A stretch of DNA of 32,000 bases from Thermodesulfobacteriota bacterium (GTDB lineage Bacteria > Desulfobacterota > WTBG01 > JAGOGO01): contig CP113000.1 in NCBI GenBank assembly GCA_026625185.1, positions 1,665,622 through 1,697,621 on the forward strand, given 5' to 3'. Numbering within the stretch: the stretch's first letter is position 1; each line of letters begins with the position of its first letter. Positions 9,836 through 20,525 of this stretch are shown here, one piece after another. The notes below the pieces were generated by a model, which ran no database searches, was not told the origin of the DNA, and was given only the letters and a program-made list of their open reading frames with translations. The position numbers were made by a program, and so were the translations under genes.

Positions 9836-11263
9836 ATGCGTCGAACGCTGATCGTTTCTCTATTGGTCGCCGTCTATTTTGCAGGTTGCATGCTCGGCCC
9901 CGACTATAAACGTCCCGGGGTCACGACTCCGCAGTCTTTTGAGTACCAGCCTCAGGAGGTGGCTGAGACTGCCAATACCGAATGGTGGAAACAGTTCGAT
10001 GACCCGGTGCTTGACCAGTTCATCGCCGAGGCTCTGGCCAACAACAAAAGTGTGAAGATCGCGGCTGCCAATGTGGAGCAGGCAGCGGGTCTATTGATGA
10101 CCACCCGCGCAGATCTTTTTCCGCAGGTGAATTACAGCGCCTCAACTACTCGTGAACGTTCCTCCGAAAACAACATTACCCCCGCACCCCTTAAAAATCC
10201 ATTTAACAGCCGACAAATTCTGGGAGGCGTTACCTGGGAGATCGACCTCTGGGGTCGGATACGGCGGCTCACTGAGGCGGCACAGGCCGAGCTTTTCGCG
10301 AGCGACGAGGCGCGGCGCGGGGTTATTCTTTCCCTGGTTGCCGAAGTTGCGACTTCGTATATCCAGCTATGCGCCTTTGATGAGCAACTTGCGATTTCAC
10401 AACGCACGCTCAAGACCTACGAAGATTCTCTGAGACTCTTCGAACTGCAGCACAGGTATGGCCAGGTTTCAAAGATGACGGTTGAACAGTCACGCTCGCA
10501 GTATGAAACTGCGGCAGCGACCATTCCGCAGATCGAAAGTCAGGTCGTGCAAACCGAAAATGCCCTCTCCATCCTTCTCGGGCGTAACCCGGGGACCATC
10601 ACGCGAGGGCGCAAGCTGGCAGAACTCGCCATGCCCCCGGTCCCCGCGGGCTTGCCGTCGCAACTGCTCGAACGACGTCCCGACATCCTTCAGGCTGAAC
10701 AGAATTTAATCGCGGCGAATGCGCAGATAGGCGCTGCTAAAGCGCTCTACTTTCCCACTATCTCGCTGACCGGTGCATTCGGAAGGTCCAGCAGTGAGCT
10801 GTCTGACATCTTCAAGGGGGCTAGCAAGACCTGGAGCTATAGCGGATCGATTATCGGACCAATCTTTACCGCGGGCGCTATCAGGGGTCAGGTAAAGCAA
10901 GCGGAAGCAGCCCAGAAGGCAGCGCTCTCGGCGTACGAGCAGACCATTCAGAACTCTTTTGCCGACACCGAGAATGCGCTCGTCTCCCGAGAGAAACTGG
11001 AAGAGCAGCTTACCGCTGAACAGAAGCGGGTAGGGGCTTACCAGGAATACAGCCGCCTTGCGTGGCTCAAATACAACGGAGGTTATACGGACTATCTCGA
11101 CGTGCTCTATGCTGAAACGCAGCTTTTTCCGGCAGAGCTGAGCCTTGCACAGACGCAGGCAGCGACGTTAACCAGCCTCGTGAACATTTACAAGGCCATG
11201 GGAGGCGGTTGGGTGAACGAAGCAGATAAGCTGACGATTGACATGGCGGGTGGAGGGAAGTAG
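9836..11263 (+). CDS. Outer-membrane efflux lipoprotein, NodT/OprM family (OMF), 475 aa
   Basis: Starts 1 nt after the pump stop. Lipobox FAGC followed by GPDYKRP. Motifs WWKQFDDPVLDQFI, RPDILQAE and IYKAMGGGW are present. Confidence 0.9.
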   Translation: MRRTLIVSLLVAVYFAGCMLGPDYKRPGVTTPQSFEYQPQEVAETANTEWWKQFDDPVLDQFIAEALANNKSVKIAAANVEQAAGLLMTTRADLFPQVNYSASTTRERSSENNITPAPLKNPFNSRQILGGVTWEIDLWGRIRRLTEAAQAELFASDEARRGVILSLVAEVATSYIQLCAFDEQLAISQRTLKTYEDSLRLFELQHRYGQVSKMTVEQSRSQYETAAATIPQIESQVVQTENALSILLGRNPGTITRGRKLAELAMPPVPAGLPSQLLERRPDILQAEQNLIAANAQIGAAKALYFPTISLTGAFGRSSSELSDIFKGASKTWSYSGSIIGPIFTAGAIRGQVKQAEAAQKAALSAYEQTIQNSFADTENALVSREKLEEQLTAEQKRVGAYQEYSRLAWLKYNGGYTDYLDVLYAETQLFPAELSLAQTQAATLTSLVNIYKAMGGGWVNEADKLTIDMAGGGK

Positions 11264-11337
11264 GGTTAGGAAACTTTTTGAGAGCGGGTAAAAAAGGAGT
11301 ACTACAACTCATACATTAAACCGTCTCGGTTTCACTT

Positions 11338-12258
11338 TTAAATGTCACCCGCGGCTTCATAGACCAAATCTAAAGCGCGCTGCACCCCCACGGTTGATGC
11401 TACTTCACAACCAGGCGCTACTTTGATATGCCAGCTTTCTTCTCGTGATTCAATGGCGATCCAAAAATCCTGAGTAAAAAGATCTTCCACGACAATAACG
11501 CGAACCATTCCCCTTTGACGGTTGTGGTCAAAAAGAAAGTCTTGGAATTTGACTACTATCTCACCTCGTTCGTCCTTCGGGGAAAATTTTTCCGGATCAA
11601 AATGGTTAAGGGAATAGGTTCTCAAGGCCGCCTCCTTTTTTTCTGATATTTCCCGGTGTTCGAGTTTTACTAAATTTATTTCAAAAAATTTATTTTGTCC
11701 TTTTTCTTGCCATTTGCGCTCATACTTGGTATTGAATTGTGGGCAAGAAATTTTTGTCTCCACCGTAAAACCTGTTCCGGGTAATTGTTCGAGAACCCAA
11801 TTAAAATAAGGTTCACAGTCGGTAACAATGTGCACCGCTCGCTTGTCCATTAAGCGATTATTAAGCAGGTTTAAAAAATTATGTGAAAAAAGACGATTAC
11901 GTTCATGATGCCGTTTGGGCCACGGCATGGGAAAAAGCGAGCATACGTAGTCTACCGATTGGGGCCTGAAAAGTCGATCAAAGGCCACCCGACTGTCTAT
12001 TTGCAGGAGCCGAACATTGCTCAATCCTGCGTGCGCAATCTGGCGCAAACCTCTTCGTATGGAACCCCACTTAAGTTCCATTCCCACGAAGTTTTTTTCT
12101 GGGGAAGAGAGCGCCTGCCGCGTCAAGAACTCCCCATTGCCAAACCCGATTTCAACCTCCAACAATGCTTTTCGCCCAAAAATGTTTGCCCACTCCAGCG
12201 GGTGTTCTTTTGTTTGCCACAGAAGGTAAGGTCGGAGAGAAAGATAACGCTTTTTCAT
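11338..12258 (-). CDS. trmB: tRNA (guanine46-N7)-methyltransferase TrmB with a C-terminal extension of about 105 aa
   Basis: TrmB-like core includes VEIGFGNGEF (SAM-binding G-x-G-x-G), FPMPWPKRHHERNRL and KYERKW. The ATG at 12258 (MKKRYLSL..) is preferred, because the longer ORF-track start at 12396 would overlap the upstream mgtE-like gene. Confidence 0.8.
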   Translation of the reverse strand: MKKRYLSLRPYLLWQTKEHPLEWANIFGRKALLEVEIGFGNGEFLTRQALSSPEKNFVGMELKWGSIRRGLRQIAHAGLSNVRLLQIDSRVAFDRLFRPQSVDYVCSLFPMPWPKRHHERNRLFSHNFLNLLNNRLMDKRAVHIVTDCEPYFNWVLEQLPGTGFTVETKISCPQFNTKYERKWQEKGQNKFFEINLVKLEHREISEKKEAALRTYSLNHFDPEKFSPKDERGEIVVKFQDFLFDHNRQRGMVRVIVVEDLFTQDFWIAIESREESWHIKVAPGCEVASTVGVQRALDLVYEAAGDI

Positions 12259-12301
12259 CTTTAAAAATATTTTGTTGACATTCGCTATTATATCGGTGAT
12301 T

Positions 12302-13276
12302 TCATAGCAAAAGGGTTGCAAGGCTGAAATAAATAAGGATTGTGGAGATATCCGTGATTGCCAAAGTGACCGGTCCGGCTGCGATTTTGGGATCAAGTTT
12401 CATTTTGTGCAAAAGCGTCGGAACACTCAGCCCCAAAATGCTTCCGGCGCAAATCGTCAGGAGAATGCTGCTTCCAATTGATACTGCTGCCATTCCAGCC
12501 CCGTACCAGAGCCACACAATCAGACCCACCGTGAAGCCGCAGGCTGCCCCAAGCAGGAGCGCCGTCACGATTTCGCGCCAAAATTCCCTTATATACCATC
12601 GCAGAGTCGGACGTCTCGCACGCAAGGCATGAATCGCCACTGTCATTGACTGAGTGCCGACACTATCGCCCAGCCCCAACATCAGTGTCAGGAAAAACGC
12701 CAGCACAAGAGCTTTAGCCAGCGTTAATTCGTAGGCGCTGGTGAGCAAAGCACAAATCGTTCCACTTGTGAGGGTGGCCATCAGCCACGGAAGCCGAAAA
12801 TGGACCGCACGGACCGGCGAGGCCTCCTGTACCTGTTTGACGCGAAGGCCGATGTTTTCAAAAAGCTCCTCCATCTGCTCCCGTTCGGACAGGTCGAAGA
12901 CCTCGTCTGAAAACATGCTGACATCAACCACGCCTACGATATGCCTTTGCTGGTCAACAACCGGAAACGCTAAAAGCCTGTGAATAGAAAAGAACTCGCA
13001 TGCCTCTAATACCGTCGCCGTCTGCGGAATCGTTGCCACACGTCTAATCATTACCTCAGAGAGGCGCTGTTCCAAAGGTGCGATGAGTAAACGCCGAGTC
13101 GGTACTACACCCACTAAAACATCCTCGTCGTTCACCACATAGAAATAGACAATTCTTTCGCCCAGTCCATGTGAGCGAATGTCATCCAAGGCCTTGTTAA
13201 CAGTAGAATTCTCATGCAACGTTGCCGCGTCCTTGCGCGCCACGGTCATAATTGACTGATTCATATGGTTTATCAT
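12302..13276 (-). CDS. mgtE: MgtE-family Mg2+ channel-like protein (CBS pair plus MgtE transmembrane domain, no N-domain)
   Basis: The N-terminal half has two CBS-like repeats (..VVNDEDVLVGVVPTRRLL.., ..FPVVDQQRHIVGVVDV..). The C-terminal half has 5 hydrophobic helices with GLGDSVGTQS and DPKIAAGPVTLAITD motifs typical of MgtE. GGAGGA lies 8 nt upstream of ATG 13276. Confidence 0.8.
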   Translation of the reverse strand: MINHMNQSIMTVARKDAATLHENSTVNKALDDIRSHGLGERIVYFYVVNDEDVLVGVVPTRRLLIAPLEQRLSEVMIRRVATIPQTATVLEACEFFSIHRLLAFPVVDQQRHIVGVVDVSMFSDEVFDLSEREQMEELFENIGLRVKQVQEASPVRAVHFRLPWLMATLTSGTICALLTSAYELTLAKALVLAFFLTLMLGLGDSVGTQSMTVAIHALRARRPTLRWYIREFWREIVTALLLGAACGFTVGLIVWLWYGAGMAAVSIGSSILLTICAGSILGLSVPTLLHKMKLDPKIAAGPVTLAITDISTILIYFSLATLLL

Positions 13277-13308
13277 GGTGATCGTCCTCCGAAAAAACAG
13301 GCAGTGTT

Positions 13309-16290
13309 TTAAAGCGGTATCTTGGTTATATTGTTTTTGAGTTCATTCAGTTGATCACCGGCAGCTTCAATTGCTTTCTCATTTGACATCACGACCGCGT
13401 AGCCATTATCAAACTGGTTCATCAGTTTCTCCGCCGCCAACGCAAGGGACGTGCGATTAACGGACAAGATATACTCCCGCCGTTTCTGTCTCAGGTCATC
13501 AGTGATGCCATAAAGCTTTCGTTTGAAATTGGTGAAGCCTTTTTCTCCGGGGTCGAGGGGTTTTTCATCTTTTCCGACACTGCCGATAATAGCTTTTTCG
13601 ATCTGGTCAGCATCAATGTTTCCCTGGTAAGCGTAGTCGAGTGAGTCACGAAAAGCATTAAGAGTGTCAATAATATTGGGGTCGCGATAGGAGGAGAAAA
13701 TAAAAACCCCTTCAGTTCCCTGGGGGACGGCAAAAGCTCCATAGGCGCCACCCCGCATTCGTATTTTTTCCCAGAGATAACCGGTCCGCAGAAAATGGGA
13801 AAGCACTGCTTCATATCCATTTTCAGGACTGCCAAAACGAGCTCCATACATTGCTTTAGCCACATATCCGACCGGGGACGTGATGATTAAAGATTCAACC
13901 TTGGTTGGGTCTTTTTCTTCTTTCGTCGATTGGCGCACACGATCGGAAGAAGCTTTTTTCGGCAAGGAAGTGACGATCGACTCAAGCTCACCCCGTACCT
14001 CCTTAAACGAAGATTCTTCCGCGGTTACATTTATGGTGGCGTTGGTGCTGGTAAAAAGCATTTTTCTTATTTTTTTTAAGGTGGCAATGACAGCATCCGA
14101 GTTTTTTTCTAAACCAGAGGCAAGCTCAGAGAGAAAGAAAAGTTGGTCTATTCCTTCAAAGTGCTCTTGAATTTTTATGGCCGGAGAAAGCCGGCTTCCT
14201 GCTCGGGTGGAAACAAACTGGTGGCCATGCGGTATGACTGCGGCTTTAAACTCGTTTTTGATTTCGAGGATAAGGTCTTTCACGCGTTCTTGGTCGTCAA
14301 AATCAGCTTCGATTAAAAGCCGTTTGAGGAGATCAATGGTCTCATGCAGGTTTTCTTTGAGAGTTCTGATCCGAAAAAATATATGCGCTTTTTTATTCAG
14401 TGGTTGATGAATGTCTCCGCTGGCCGCAAGTTGATAGGTGAAACCACCGGTATACAAAGAGAGAAGCTGGGCTACCTTATCATAGGTGATGCCCGGAAGA
14501 CCGGAACCGCAGATGGCTTTACCCAATAAGGGAAGGAAGGTGAGAGAGCCTTCGGCAAGACTGTGGGTGTCGAAGGCAACGTCCACATAGATAACCCCAT
14601 TGGTAAAAATATTATGAAAATAAGAGTAAACCCCCTGGGAAAGCACAATCTGTTTGCTCGGCACGACTTCTACCTTTCGAGGAAGGTCCTGAAGCTTAAG
14701 AAAAGGTATTTTGTTGATCATCTCAGGTGGATCGGGTTCTTCCTGAAATTGTCGAAGCTCCTTGAGCGAGAGCACCAGCGCTTTTTTTTCTTGGGCGCTG
14801 AGGTTATTCTCAGCGTTTGTAAGCCATTGGTTTAATCGCGCCCCTTCTCGGTGCAGGTGTTCCGGGTCCGGCCGGACGATGAGCGTGCTTCGGTGGGGAT
14901 TATCAACAAAGTGCTCTTCGATCAGATGAGTGAAGAATTTTTTATCTTCACCAATCGTTTGTTTCAGCTTTTTCATCCATTTGTTAAATTCCAGCGTAGT
15001 TTCGGGTTCGCCATCATGGAGCCATCCGCGAAAGGTTTTTCTCATTAACCGAAGCGCATAGGGTTCCATGCCGCCTTTAATTTCACGATTCCGAAACTCG
15101 ACTCTCTGGATTGCCGCTTGCAGGATTTGTTCATCAAGTGCATTATCCCGCAGGTTCTCTAAAGTTTTGATAATAAGCGCTTCAGTTTTTCCCGCACAGT
15201 CAGGGTCGGTTCCGCGGATGCCGGCAGTAAATACCAGTTCCTTAAGTTCCGTTTCCAAACCGGTTGAAGGAGACAAATCTTCTCCGAGCTTGGATTCAAC
15301 CAGAGCCTTTCTCAAGGGAGAACCGGCATTGCCCACCAAAACTTCCGATAAGACCTCGAGCGCGATTACCCGGAAAGGATCGGTGACCGGGACGGTAAGC
15401 CAGTTAACGGTAATATTCGTTTTTTTGTTAACCGGATCTCCTTCTTTTATGGGATAGGTTATTTCCAGGCTTCTGGGGGAAGACCATCGTGGCTCAAGCG
15501 GGATGTTTGATGGTATGGTGAGACGGGAAAATTGAGATAAGAAATTTTCCTGCAAGAAGGCTAAATGCTTTACGGTCGGGATATTGCCATAGAGAAAAAT
15601 TTTGCAGTTGGAAGGATGGTAGTATTGTTTATGAAAATTAACAAAAGCCTCATAAGTGAGTTCAGGAATATGCACCGGGTCGCCGCCGGAATCGAACCCG
15701 TAGGGTGTTCCCGGGAAAAGTGATTGATACGACCAGTCAGCGGTCAAAGCCTCCGGGCTGGAATATTTACCCTGCATTTCATTATAAACCACGCCGACAA
15801 TTTTTAGACCGCTGGTTGCGTCGTCAATGGTTTTAAATTCCAGGTGATGCCCTTCCTGTTTAAACAATTCTTGTTTTAAAAGAGGGGAAAAAACCGCATC
15901 TCCGTAAACCAGCATCAGGTTAAAGAGGTCTTTCTCATTCATGCTGCTCGCGGGATACACGGTCTTGTCCGGGAAGGTAAAGGCATTAAGAAAAGTTTGC
16001 ATGCTTCCTTTGAGAAGGGTGACAAAAGGATCTTTTATGGGGAAGCGGCGAGAGCCGGCTAAAACCGAATGTTCTAAAATATGCGGAAGCCCGGTGTTGT
16101 CATAAGGAGGGGTCCGAAACGTAAATGAGAACAGATTTTCCTGGTCTTTATTATAGAGGTGATATACCTCAGCGCCGGTTTCACAATGTATCAATCGAAT
16201 GCCGGTTGACCGGTATTCGGGAAGCTCTTTTTGAGAAATAACCTGAAAGCCGTAATAAATTTTCCCTTCGTCCAATTCGTGAGTGGCCAC
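13309..16290 (-). CDS. Peptidase M16C family zinc metalloprotease (PreP/presequence-protease-like insulinase), 993 aa
   Basis: Inverted zinc motif HILEH with a downstream E, the roughly 1000-aa size, and PreP-like motifs (YNEMQG, GGAYGA). GTG start 16290 has AAGGAG 5 nt upstream. Confidence 0.9.
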   Translation of the reverse strand: MATHELDEGKIYYGFQVISQKELPEYRSTGIRLIHCETGAEVYHLYNKDQENLFSFTFRTPPYDNTGLPHILEHSVLAGSRRFPIKDPFVTLLKGSMQTFLNAFTFPDKTVYPASSMNEKDLFNLMLVYGDAVFSPLLKQELFKQEGHHLEFKTIDDATSGLKIVGVVYNEMQGKYSSPEALTADWSYQSLFPGTPYGFDSGGDPVHIPELTYEAFVNFHKQYYHPSNCKIFLYGNIPTVKHLAFLQENFLSQFSRLTIPSNIPLEPRWSSPRSLEITYPIKEGDPVNKKTNITVNWLTVPVTDPFRVIALEVLSEVLVGNAGSPLRKALVESKLGEDLSPSTGLETELKELVFTAGIRGTDPDCAGKTEALIIKTLENLRDNALDEQILQAAIQRVEFRNREIKGGMEPYALRLMRKTFRGWLHDGEPETTLEFNKWMKKLKQTIGEDKKFFTHLIEEHFVDNPHRSTLIVRPDPEHLHREGARLNQWLTNAENNLSAQEKKALVLSLKELRQFQEEPDPPEMINKIPFLKLQDLPRKVEVVPSKQIVLSQGVYSYFHNIFTNGVIYVDVAFDTHSLAEGSLTFLPLLGKAICGSGLPGITYDKVAQLLSLYTGGFTYQLAASGDIHQPLNKKAHIFFRIRTLKENLHETIDLLKRLLIEADFDDQERVKDLILEIKNEFKAAVIPHGHQFVSTRAGSRLSPAIKIQEHFEGIDQLFFLSELASGLEKNSDAVIATLKKIRKMLFTSTNATINVTAEESSFKEVRGELESIVTSLPKKASSDRVRQSTKEEKDPTKVESLIITSPVGYVAKAMYGARFGSPENGYEAVLSHFLRTGYLWEKIRMRGGAYGAFAVPQGTEGVFIFSSYRDPNIIDTLNAFRDSLDYAYQGNIDADQIEKAIIGSVGKDEKPLDPGEKGFTNFKRKLYGITDDLRQKRREYILSVNRTSLALAAEKLMNQFDNGYAVVMSNEKAIEAAGDQLNELKNNITKIPL

Positions 16291-16404
16291 AATCGCTCCT
16301 TTTTTTCATTAAAAAAATATGGTAACAGACAAAAAAAACAACATACCATATTTGCTGGCTGATTACTACCCGACAGGAAAGGAAGTGGAATTTTTTAAAT
16401 TTGG

Positions 16405-16433
16405 TTGACTTTTTTAAAAATTTAGTTAATAAA
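16405..16433 (+). promoter_or_regulatory. Candidate sigma-70 promoter (TTGACT, 16-17 nt spacer, TAATAA) in a divergent intergenic region
   Basis: TTGACT at 16405-16410 with an AT-rich -10-like hexamer 16-17 nt downstream. No annotated gene starts nearby. Paired with the terminator at 16502-16538. Confidence 0.35.
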
Positions 16434-16501
16434 TCAGGGAAAAACCAACCGGGGAGTATCAGTCCAATGGTTTCATTTAATAAAGCACAAAAATAAATAA
16501 G

Positions 16502-16538
16502 GCCAACTCGCCGGAGAAAAAGGCGAGGGGGCTTTTTT
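16502..16538 (+). terminator. Orphan intrinsic terminator
   Basis: GCC-AA-CTCGCC [GGAGAAAAA] GGCGAG-GG-GGC followed directly by TTTTTT (16533-16538). No CDS lies upstream on this strand. Confidence 0.6.
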
Positions 16539-16679
16539 GTTTGTAAATCCCCTCTAACTCCCCTTTAAAAAATGGTAGTACCTCTTCTTCATCCTCCTTT
16601 TCTAAAGGAGGATTGAGGAGGATTTTATTGGCGTCTTATACGGATCAATATAATTGTTGTTAGCCTCGAGAAACACTTT

Positions 16680-17264
16680 ATGCGTATTAGCATTCTTGCC
16701 ATTGCAATGATCGGTGGTCTCGTTGTTGGTAACGCCTCAGGACAATGCCCGACCCCTGGAGCCCCACAGGCGAACATAAGTCAAATCGAAGCAGGGGAAT
16801 ATAAGGTTGTGTTCGTCGCAACCAACGGGAGATGGGAGGGTGAAATAGCATCTGGTACCCTGGTTCTTCGCAAAACCTCCCCTTATGACCGCTCACCCCG
16901 AACAGGAGAAAAAGCCCAGGATCATCAGATTGCTCCGCTATTCGGTTGGCTTGATGCCGATCTGTCGAGTGTTGGCGCACCAATTATGCCCGATAAGGTT
17001 GTGCCTTCGCCACAATCTCGAGACCCTGTCTACCCTGGAGTCCTTGTGCTTTCAATCGATTGGGGAAAAGACTATCCGCCGGGCACGCCTGTTTTGACAG
17101 TTTCAACCCTATCCAATCTTAGAAATGGCATACTATGGACAGATGGTGCGGGTATAGGACTCTGGGTTCACTCCGTGACCCCTGAAGGTTTTTCCGGCCT
17201 GTGGCGAGAGTGGGGAATAGTTGTTGGCGGACGTGGCCATTTCTGTGCAACGAAAACTAAATAG
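16680..17264 (+). CDS. Hypothetical secreted protein, 194 aa
   Basis: Long ORF with a plausible signal peptide (MRISILAIAMIGGLVVGNASGQ). I recognise no family. There is no SD directly upstream. Its GC content is visibly higher than the flanks. Confidence 0.45.
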   Translation: MRISILAIAMIGGLVVGNASGQCPTPGAPQANISQIEAGEYKVVFVATNGRWEGEIASGTLVLRKTSPYDRSPRTGEKAQDHQIAPLFGWLDADLSSVGAPIMPDKVVPSPQSRDPVYPGVLVLSIDWGKDYPPGTPVLTVSTLSNLRNGILWTDGAGIGLWVHSVTPEGFSGLWREWGIVVGGRGHFCATKTK

Positions 17265-17591
17265 GACTTAATAGCCATATGCACCGGATTAGCGAAATAA
17301 GGCGTTTCGCCTCCCGGTTATGCTGGCGTTAAACACGCACTAAACTTGACCGCCTACCTCTATAATCCTGTTCTTTTCGAGGCATTGTAGGAATCGGCCA
17401 CTTCGACAGGCTAATGGTGACACCTTAAAGATAACAGCATCGAATGCTCAGAATACTAAACCGAGAATTTCTATAATGCGAAGAAGATAGTTGCCTAACT
17501 ATCTTAAAATTCTAAAATTTTTTTACCTCAAATTTTTCCTTGGAAAAATAATTTGACAGCCCAAAAAAATAAAGTAACTTAAATTTATAAC

Positions 17592-17605
17592 CTGGAATCA
17601 TTCCG
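17592..17605. promoter_or_regulatory. Candidate Fur/PerR-type operator (palindrome GGAATCATTCC) 16 nt upstream of the fur-family gene
   Basis: CTGGAATCATTCCG contains the AAT-N-ATT core of Fur-family boxes. A near-identical copy lies upstream of katG at 18117-18131. Confidence 0.4.
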
Positions 17606-17620
17606 AATTGCAGAAAATCC

Positions 17621-18037
17621 ATGAAAACATCCATTATCAAAAAGATGAAGGAGCAGGGTTTTAAAATTACTCCCCAACGAGCAGCTATTATTGAGGTATT
17701 AGCTGACGAAACCCTGCACCATCCGGGAGCGAACGATATTTATCGGCAGGCCAGAAAAAAAACTAAACGCCTGGGTTTATCCACCGTCTATGCTACGCTT
17801 AATGAACTTTGCCGGCTTGGCATAATCAAGATGTTGGAATTTGATAAAAAGGAAAATCGTTATGAAGGAAATATTAACCCTCATATCAATTTGATTTGTA
17901 AAAATTGCAACCGGATTTTGGATTACAACCTTCCCGTTTCTATTGATCCCAAAGAATTTCTTAAAAAATCCCGATTTTGGGTTACGGACACGAGGCTTGA
18001 ATACTACGGTTATTGCCGGGAGTGTAGAAAAAAATGA
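17621..18037 (+). CDS. Fur-family transcriptional regulator (PerR-like by context), 138 aa
   Basis: Fur-family features: a winged-helix N-domain (..TPQRAAIIEVL..HHPGANDIY..LSTVYATLNEL..) and two CxxC pairs (CKNC, CREC). Located immediately upstream of katG. Confidence 0.85.
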   Translation: MKTSIIKKMKEQGFKITPQRAAIIEVLADETLHHPGANDIYRQARKKTKRLGLSTVYATLNELCRLGIIKMLEFDKKENRYEGNINPHINLICKNCNRILDYNLPVSIDPKEFLKKSRFWVTDTRLEYYGYCRECRKK

Positions 18038-18116
18038 GCATTGATCAGATCGGGTTTTTTCAAAAGCAGAGGTTTCAAGCTGAAAGGATAATACGCTAAT
18101 TTTTTGGCCTTTTTAA

Positions 18117-18131
18117 CTGGAACCATTCCAG
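18117..18131. promoter_or_regulatory. Candidate Fur/PerR-type operator (palindrome CTGGAA-CCA-TTCCAG) upstream of katG
   Basis: 6-3-6 palindrome 42 nt upstream of the katG ATG. By eye it matches the site at 17591-17609 at 14 of 19 positions. Confidence 0.4.
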
Positions 18132-18169
18132 ATTAACCATTTTAGATAAATCAAACACGAAAGGAGTAG

Positions 18170-20338
<2,169 letters not shown>

Positions 20339-20482
20339 GGAGGGATAGGTTCGAGGAACGAGGGTTGAGGAGCGAGGTGTTGAATCGTGAAACGTAAAAA
20401 CTAATAGTGCGCTATGCGCACCCTACGTAACTGCATGAAGTTTAGGCCACTCGCCAGCGGGGTGTGTTCTTTGATGAGAGAA

Positions 20483-20516
20483 GTTGTAGGGGCGACCGGC
20501 CGGTCGCCCCTACAAC
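20483..20516. terminator. 34-nt perfect palindrome, likely bidirectional terminator between the convergent katG and TonB-receptor genes
   Basis: GTTGTAGGGGCGACCGG|CCGGTCGCCCCTACAAC forms a 17-bp stem and is followed by TATTTTT on the + strand. Confidence 0.65.
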
Positions 20517-20525
20517 TATTTTTGG

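Noticed and set aside
12259-12396. N-terminal 46-codon extension of trmB given by the ORF track (start 12396)
   Set aside because: It would overlap the 3' end of the upstream mgtE-like gene by 95 nt. The TrmB homology only begins after the internal ATG at 12258.
17284-17317. Imperfect palindrome CCGGATTAGCGAAATAAGGCGTTTCGCCTCCCGG after the hypothetical gene, whose core ATAAGGCGTTTCGCC resembles enterobacterial REP/BIME sequences
   Set aside because: The similarity is short and the host is clearly not enterobacterial. This is most simply a weak stem-loop or terminator without a T-run. Only genome-wide copy counting could elevate it to a repeat family.
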